Source of the DNA: Candidatus Dormiibacterota bacterium
Lineage (GTDB): Bacteria; Chloroflexota; Dormibacteria; Aeolococcales; Aeolococcaceae
DNA: 64,000 nt
Assembly (NCBI GenBank): GCA_963789735.1
Contig: CAWBLV010000006.1
Span: forward strand, 99,527 to 163,526
Reading direction: 5' to 3'
Shown: in pieces, positions 58,672 to 64,000 of the stretch
Layout: each line of letters opens with the position of its first letter
Numbering within the stretch: the stretch's first letter is position 1
Program-made: the position numbers and the translations under genes
Notes under the pieces: generated by a model
What the model was told of the DNA's origin: nothing
What the model saw: the letters and a program-made list of their open reading frames with translations, nothing else
Database searches by the model: none

Positions 58672-61353
58672 ATGACGTTCGACGCCTTCCTTCATCAGCT
58701 TCCCGACGCGGACTCGGCAGAGACCGGCGAGTGGCTCGAGTTCCTCGACGCGCTGGTCGCCTCGGAGGGCACGGTCCGGGCCCGCTTTGTCATCGGCAAG
58801 CTCCTCGAGCGTGCCCGTCGCCTCCAGGTCCCGGTGCCGTCGCTGGTGTCGACGCCGTACATCAACACGATCCCGCCGGATGAGGAACCGTGGTTCCCCG
58901 GCGACGAGGAGATGGAGCGGCGCATCCGCCGGATCGTCCGCTGGAATGCGGCGGTCATGGTCACGAGAGCCAACAAGCGAAGTGACGGCATCGGCGGCCA
59001 TCTCTCGACGTACGCGTCGGCGGCGTCGCTCTACGAGGTGGGCTTCAACCACTTCTTCCGCGGCAAGGACGACGGCAACTCGGGCGACCAGATCTACTAC
59101 CAGGGGCACGCCGCTCCCGGGATGTACTCGCACGCGTATCTCGAGGGCCGGATCACCGAGGCGCAGATGGACAACTTCCGTCAGGAGACGGGCGGCAACG
59201 GGCTGAGCTCCTATCCCCATCCGCGCCTCATGCCGGAGTTCTGGGAGTTCCCGACGGTTTCGATGGGGCTCGGGCCGCTCAACTCGATCTACCAGGCGCG
59301 GTTCAACCGCTATCTGTACAACCGACACATCGCCGATACCAGCGAGAGCCACGTGTGGTGCTTCCTCGGCGACGGCGAGTGTGATGAGCCGGAGACGCTC
59401 GGGGCGCTCTCTCTCGCGGCGCGCGAACAACTCGACAACCTCACGTTTGTCGTCAACTGCAACCTGCAACGTCTCGACGGGCCGGTGCGCGGCAATGGGA
59501 AGGTTATCCAGGAGCTGGAGGGAATCTTCCGCGGCGCCGGCTGGAACGTGATCAAAGTGATCTGGGCTCGCGAGTGGGACGAGCTGCTCGCGCGCGACGT
59601 GCACGGCGTGCTCGTCGATCAGATGAACCGCGTGCCCGACGGTGAGTTTCAGAAGTACGCGACCGAAAGTGGCGCATACATCCGCGAACATTTCTTCGGG
59701 CCGGATCCTCGGCTGCGCAAGATGGTCGAGCACCTCTCCGACGACGAACTCCGCCATCTGCGCCGCGGCGGTCACGACTATCGCAAGGTCTATTCCGCGT
59801 ACAAGCTCGCACTCGAACAGCACGGCGCACCGACCGTCATCCTCGCGCATACCGTCAAGGGATGGACACTCGGCACGGGCTTCGAGGCGCGCAATTCGAC
59901 GCATCAGATCAAGAAGATCGGTGAAGCCGAGTTGCGCGCGTTCCGCGACCTGCTCGAGCTGCCGATCAGCGACAAGAAACTCTCCGACGCAAAGCCGCCG
60001 TACTACCACCCCGGCGCTGAATCGGACGAGGTAGAGTACCTGCTGATGCGCCGCCGCGCGCTCGGCGGCATGTTGCCGCGCAGAGTCGTCCGCTCCAAGC
60101 CGCTCGAACTGCCGGGGGACGCGCTCTACTCGGAGTTCATCACCGGCAGCGGGACGCGCGCGGCTTCGACAACCATGGTGTTCGCGGGGCTGTTGCGCAA
60201 CCTCTTGCGCGACCCGAGTATCGGCAACCGCATCGTTCCGATCATTCCTGACGAAGCGCGCACGTTCGGCATGGACGCCCTGTTCAGCGAGGTGAAGATC
60301 TACGCGCCGTTCGGGCAGCGCTACGAGCCGGTCGACGCAGGCATGGTGCTCAGCTATCGCGAGGCGGTCGATGGACAGATCCTCGAGGAAGGCATCACCG
60401 AAGCCGGCTCGATGGGCAGTTTCACCGCTGCGGGAACGGCGTACGCAACGCATGGTCAGGCGGTGATCCCCTTCTATATCTACTACTCGATGTTCGGGTA
60501 TCAGCGGGTCGGCGACCTGATCTGGGCATTCGGCGACTCGCGTGGCCGCGGCTTCATGCTCGGAGGGACCGCGGGCCGCACGACACTCAACGGCGAGGGA
60601 CTGCAGCACGAGGATGGACATTCGCCGCTGCTGTTCAGCGCGATTCCGAATGTGAAGATCTACGACCCCGCGTTCGCGTATGAACTCGCGACAGTGATCC
60701 GTGACGGCATGCGGCGCATGTATGTCGACGGCGAGGACATCTTCTACTACATCACGCTGTACAACGAGAACTACCCGATGCCGGCGATGCCGGAAGGCAG
60801 CGAGGACGGCATCCTGCGCGGGCTCTATCTGTACAAGGCGGCGGAAGTCGAGCGCACGCATCGCGCGCGCATTCTCGCGAGCGGCAGCGCAGTCAATGCA
60901 GCGCTCGAGGCGCAGGCCATGCTGCTCGAGCAGCACGACGTCGCAGCCGAGGTGTGGAGCGCCACGAGCTACCAATTGTTGCGTCAGGAAGCGCTCGATG
61001 TCGAGCGGTGGAACCGGCTCCATCCAGATGCCGAGCCGCGCGTCGCGTATGTGGACGAGCAACTCGGCGCCGATGGCGGGCCGATCGTTGCGGTGACGGA
61101 TTACCTGAAGGCCGTGCCCGATCAGATCGGACGGTTCGTGAAGGCACCGTTCATCCCGCTCGGCACCGACGGGTATGGACGGAGCGACACACGCGTGGCC
61201 CTGCGCCGCCATTTCGAGGTCGACGCAAGCTCGATTTCCGTGGCCGTGCTCGACGGACTCATGCAGCAGGAGCAGATCCCCCGCCACGTCGTTGCCGCCG
61301 CGATCGAGCACTACGGGCTCGACACCGAGCTCGTCGATCCGCGCTACCGCTGA
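58672..61353 (+). CDS. aceE: Pyruvate dehydrogenase E1 component, homodimeric type
   Basis: 893 aa. The N-terminus ETGEWLEFLDAL...YINTIP...RWNA is typical of AceE. The ThDP motif region reads GDGECDEPE...NLQRLDGPV. Confidence 0.95.
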   Translation: MTFDAFLHQLPDADSAETGEWLEFLDALVASEGTVRARFVIGKLLERARRLQVPVPSLVSTPYINTIPPDEEPWFPGDEEMERRIRRIVRWNAAVMVTRANKRSDGIGGHLSTYASAASLYEVGFNHFFRGKDDGNSGDQIYYQGHAAPGMYSHAYLEGRITEAQMDNFRQETGGNGLSSYPHPRLMPEFWEFPTVSMGLGPLNSIYQARFNRYLYNRHIADTSESHVWCFLGDGECDEPETLGALSLAAREQLDNLTFVVNCNLQRLDGPVRGNGKVIQELEGIFRGAGWNVIKVIWAREWDELLARDVHGVLVDQMNRVPDGEFQKYATESGAYIREHFFGPDPRLRKMVEHLSDDELRHLRRGGHDYRKVYSAYKLALEQHGAPTVILAHTVKGWTLGTGFEARNSTHQIKKIGEAELRAFRDLLELPISDKKLSDAKPPYYHPGAESDEVEYLLMRRRALGGMLPRRVVRSKPLELPGDALYSEFITGSGTRAASTTMVFAGLLRNLLRDPSIGNRIVPIIPDEARTFGMDALFSEVKIYAPFGQRYEPVDAGMVLSYREAVDGQILEEGITEAGSMGSFTAAGTAYATHGQAVIPFYIYYSMFGYQRVGDLIWAFGDSRGRGFMLGGTAGRTTLNGEGLQHEDGHSPLLFSAIPNVKIYDPAFAYELATVIRDGMRRMYVDGEDIFYYITLYNENYPMPAMPEGSEDGILRGLYLYKAAEVERTHRARILASGSAVNAALEAQAMLLEQHDVAAEVWSATSYQLLRQEALDVERWNRLHPDAEPRVAYVDEQLGADGGPIVAVTDYLKAVPDQIGRFVKAPFIPLGTDGYGRSDTRVALRRHFEVDASSISVAVLDGLMQQEQIPRHVVAAAIEHYGLDTELVDPRYR

Positions 61354-61360
61354 TCCGCGC

Positions 61361-61933
61361 TCAGTCTCCAGAGAACGCGAGCGACGTGCGTTCCGTGTAC
61401 ACCGCACCTCCCGGCGCGGGCCGCGACTCGAATAGCACAAGCCGGTGCGCGGTGAACCGAATCTCCGTCTGATTCGCGGCCGCGGTCACCGCCTCTTCCC
61501 ACGCGGCGCGAGCCGTGTCACTCCACGGCAGTCGCGGTCTGCCGAGCGTGCAGTGCGCGTGATACCGGCGATCTTCGACCTCGAAACCCGTTGCGGCGAG
61601 TGCCGTGCGACAGTCGAGCGCCAACGCGGTCAGCGGTGCGATGTCGCGCGCGGAACCGAGCCACAGAACTCGAGGGATCGCGCGTGGCGGAAACGCGCCG
61701 AGCCGGTCCAGGGAGACATCAAATGGCTGCGTTTGACGCGCAATGGGGTGCACCGCATCGAGTGCGGCGCCTGCTCGAGCCTCCTCGATAGCTCCGAAGA
61801 AGTGGACGGTCAGGTGGAGTGTCTCGGGACGCGCCCACCGAACGTCCGGAATGCGCGCCCGCAACTGGTTCTGCAGCGCTTTCCCCGCGGTCAATCCGGG
61901 CTCAGCGAGAGGAACTGCGAGAAAGCACCTCAC
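61361..61933 (-). CDS. thpR: RNA 2',3'-cyclic phosphodiesterase (2H phosphoesterase, ThpR/LigT)
   Basis: Two HxT/S motifs are present (HLTVHF and HCTLGR). The GTG start is in a GTGA overlap with the upstream gene. About 190 aa. Confidence 0.8.
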   Translation of the reverse strand: MRCFLAVPLAEPGLTAGKALQNQLRARIPDVRWARPETLHLTVHFFGAIEEARAGAALDAVHPIARQTQPFDVSLDRLGAFPPRAIPRVLWLGSARDIAPLTALALDCRTALAATGFEVEDRRYHAHCTLGRPRLPWSDTARAAWEEAVTAAANQTEIRFTAHRLVLFESRPAPGGAVYTERTSLAFSGD

Positions 61934-62880
61934 CCAGCCGGTTTTGCCGTGGTGGTCGGCTCGGGCGTGGCGGCGGGCGACGGGCTCGGACTCGGCGCGA
62001 CGCATGGGTTGCCGCCGGCGTTGGCGATGTTGACCGTGATCTGGTTTGCGACGCAGAGTTCGTTGATCGCCGCGAAGACCACTTCACCAAACCAGGCCGG
62101 GCGATCCATAACGGAATACGGGGTTGGCGCAGCAATCAGGATGTGCCGCACGCTCCAGCCTTTGGTTGACTCCGCGTACAGCATCACGATGTCGTAGCCA
62201 CCGGCATCGTGCACCGGCGTCGTCGTGTACTTGCCAACGGCCAGTGCCTTCACCGCCGCACTGAATGCCGGGTCGTACGTGGCGAGGTTGGCGGTCGTGA
62301 GCAGGCCGAGGTCGCCGCCCTTGGCGTTGGTCCCGGTGTCATCCGACCAAGTCTTCGCCGTGGTCTCGAAGTTCGCACCCGTGGCGAGGATCTTCTCGAC
62401 CTGGACTGCGCGCTCCTCCGCAAAGAGATTCTCGACGCGCTGCTCGTTGAGGTCGGAGCTGATCTCATCCTCGAGCTGCGCGATGGACCCTCCGGCGCCT
62501 GCCAGCTCTGTCTTCAGCGCAGCCATGCCGCCCGCCTGCTGCGCATCGGTGTCGACCTGCGCCTGGATCTCGGCAGCTGTCGCCTCGAGGTTGAACTTGG
62601 CCGCCTCCTCTCGGATAACGGCGTCGATGATCAGGCTTCGCAGGATGTCGGCCCGGAGTGCGGTGGTCTGCGCCGGGTCCTCTTGCGGACCGCCGCCCTG
62701 CTCGATGCTCACGATCGTCGTCTGATAACGAACGTTGAATTGCGCCAGCGTGATGCTCTCATTACCGACTCGCGCGATGACAGGAGACGGTTTGGGCGGA
62801 GCCGTAGACGTGGATCCGCAGGCGACCACGGCGAGTGCGCACGCGGCAATGCATGCCACCCTGCCCCTTGGTTGGTACAT
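61930..62880 (-). CDS. Lipoprotein with SurA-N/PpiC-type peptidyl-prolyl isomerase architecture
   Basis: Signal peptide with lipobox ALAVVAC-GS. A chaperone-like helical region is followed by a parvulin-like segment (GDLGLL...GYDIVML). The tail is Pro/Ser-rich. Confidence 0.7.
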   Translation of the reverse strand: MYQPRGRVACIAACALAVVACGSTSTAPPKPSPVIARVGNESITLAQFNVRYQTTIVSIEQGGGPQEDPAQTTALRADILRSLIIDAVIREEAAKFNLEATAAEIQAQVDTDAQQAGGMAALKTELAGAGGSIAQLEDEISSDLNEQRVENLFAEERAVQVEKILATGANFETTAKTWSDDTGTNAKGGDLGLLTTANLATYDPAFSAAVKALAVGKYTTTPVHDAGGYDIVMLYAESTKGWSVRHILIAAPTPYSVMDRPAWFGEVVFAAINELCVANQITVNIANAGGNPCVAPSPSPSPAATPEPTTTAKPAG

Positions 62881-62882
62881 CC

Positions 62883-64000
62883 TCAGGCCAGTGTATCCGG
62901 GGCCGCGGCGGGCCCGGCTCGGCCGGTGGTCAGCCCGCTGACCCGAGCCCGGAACGACGGCGTCGCCACGACCGCGACGGTGGTCGCCCCGACCAGGAGC
63001 GCGCCGACCCCGACGGCATTGAACAACCCGATGCTTTTGGGCACCAATCCGTAGAAGACCGTGCCCAGCGGCTGCAGCCCCGCGAAGATCGTCGCGTAGA
63101 TGCCGAGCAGGCGCCCGCGCAGCGCCGGATCGGTGTCCGTCTGCAGCAACGTGGTCATCGAGGTGCTCACTGCCACGAACGCGAAGCTGATGCCCACCAA
63201 AGCCGGCAACGTGACCCAGAGTGCTGTGCCGTGGGCCACCGCGAACAGGCTCGCTGCGTACACGATGCCGCCGACGAGCATGAGTTGCAGCCGCCCGGCC
63301 CCTCGTCCCATGGACGCGATCGCGAGCCCACCGACGAGGCCGCCTACTCCGCCGACGCTGTACATGATGCCGAGCGCCTCGGGCCCAACGTGCAACTGCA
63401 TTTTTGCCAGGACTGGCAGAAAGGGCATGTACGACACGCCGCAGAACGCGAGCACTGAGGCGACGATCACCACACCGCGAACGAGCGGGTCGGCGGCAGC
63501 AACGCGGAGCCCGGCGACGAGCTCGCCCCACGCGGTCGCACCTGCCGCTCGCGGGAGCGGCGCGACGTCGGGGATCACCGTCAGCAGCACCACAATCGGA
63601 GCGAGATACGCGACCGAGAGAAACCCGAAGCACACGGCCGGGCCTGCGAAGCCGATGAGCAGTCCCGCAACGGACGGCCCGACGATCCTCGTTGCGCTCA
63701 TCGCTGTCGCCCCGAGAGCGACGGCATTGACGACGAGGTGGCGATCGACAAGGTCGGCGACGAGCGCCTGGCGAGTGGGAAGGTCGGCGGCGTCGGTGGC
63801 GCCGAACACGATCGCCACGATGAGGATCGCCGTGAAACTTGCGTGTCCCGTCGCGACCAGGATCGCAAGCGAACCGGCGCTCAGACCGAGCAGCGTTTGC
63901 GTGACCAGCAGGATGCGCCGGCGCGGCAGGCGGTCGGCCAGCACACCGCCGGCGAGCGAGAGGATCACTGACGGAATGCCATCCGCGGCCGCCACGACCG
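62883..64000 (-). CDS. MFS transporter (N-terminus lies beyond the window end)
   Basis: Motif A-like GGVLADRLPRRRILL and multiple TM helices are present. The reading frame is open to the window edge. Confidence 0.8.
   Translation of the reverse strand, partial: VVAAADGIPSVILSLAGGVLADRLPRRRILLVTQTLLGLSAGSLAILVATGHASFTAILIVAIVFGATDAADLPTRQALVADLVDRHLVVNAVALGATAMSATRIVGPSVAGLLIGFAGPAVCFGFLSVAYLAPIVVLLTVIPDVAPLPRAAGATAWGELVAGLRVAAADPLVRGVVIVASVLAFCGVSYMPFLPVLAKMQLHVGPEALGIMYSVGGVGGLVGGLAIASMGRGAGRLQLMLVGGIVYAASLFAVAHGTALWVTLPALVGISFAFVAVSTSMTTLLQTDTDPALRGRLLGIYATIFAGLQPLGTVFYGLVPKSIGLFNAVGVGALLVGATTVAVVATPSFRARVSGLTTGRAGPAAAPDTLA

Noticed and set aside
58549-61440. A 963-aa ORF antisense to aceE, plus many other long antisense or overlapping ORFs. 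Examples: 44083-45591 minus, 27797-29017 minus, 31773-33143 plus, 5874-7592 plus, 34766-36088 minus and 1588-2655 minus.
   Set aside because: Their translations are Arg/Ala/Gly/Pro-rich with no recognisable motifs. Each lies opposite, or out of frame with, a gene that has clear family signatures. Long stop-free shadow frames are expected at about 70% GC.

Overview
High-GC (about 68-70%) bacterial chromosomal window. GTG/TTG starts and ATGA/GTGA stop-start overlaps are frequent, which looks Actinomycetota-like; that taxonomy is inference only. It is densely coding and splits into three blocks. (1) 1-23.2 kb is a molybdenum island. It holds modBC, coxD/coxE/coxG-type maturation genes, two XdhC-family chaperones (one fused to a YHS domain) and mocA. 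It also holds a form I aerobic CO dehydrogenase operon coxMSL (large-subunit signature VAYRCSFR read directly), moeA-moaA-moaD/E fusion-moaC, a second form II-like S-L-M molybdoenzyme operon, and moaB-fdhD-mobA. (2) 23-42 kb is mixed or accessory. It holds an orphan Flp pilin, a CBS-pair/citrate-synthase fusion, two PLP decarboxylases flanking a compositionally atypical unknown gene, methyltransferases, a MocR regulator with an EamA exporter, kynA-kynU and a LigC-type ligase. It ends in a low-GC islet at tRNA-Arg(ACG) with a duplicated tRNA 3' half. (3) 42-64 kb is core metabolism: tkt, a tal-pgi fusion, gnd, zwf, pgl, rpe, glgP, a predicted pseudokinase, cbs-metB, a DEAD-box helicase, aceE, thpR, a PPIase lipoprotein and an MFS transporter. 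The most striking observation concerns five conserved genes that are frameshifted. In every case the break sits on a doubled A or T inside GA(G/C)TC. This points to a motif-specific, possibly GANTC-methylation-linked, base-calling artefact rather than real pseudogenes. No CRISPR array, IS element, integrase or rRNA was seen.
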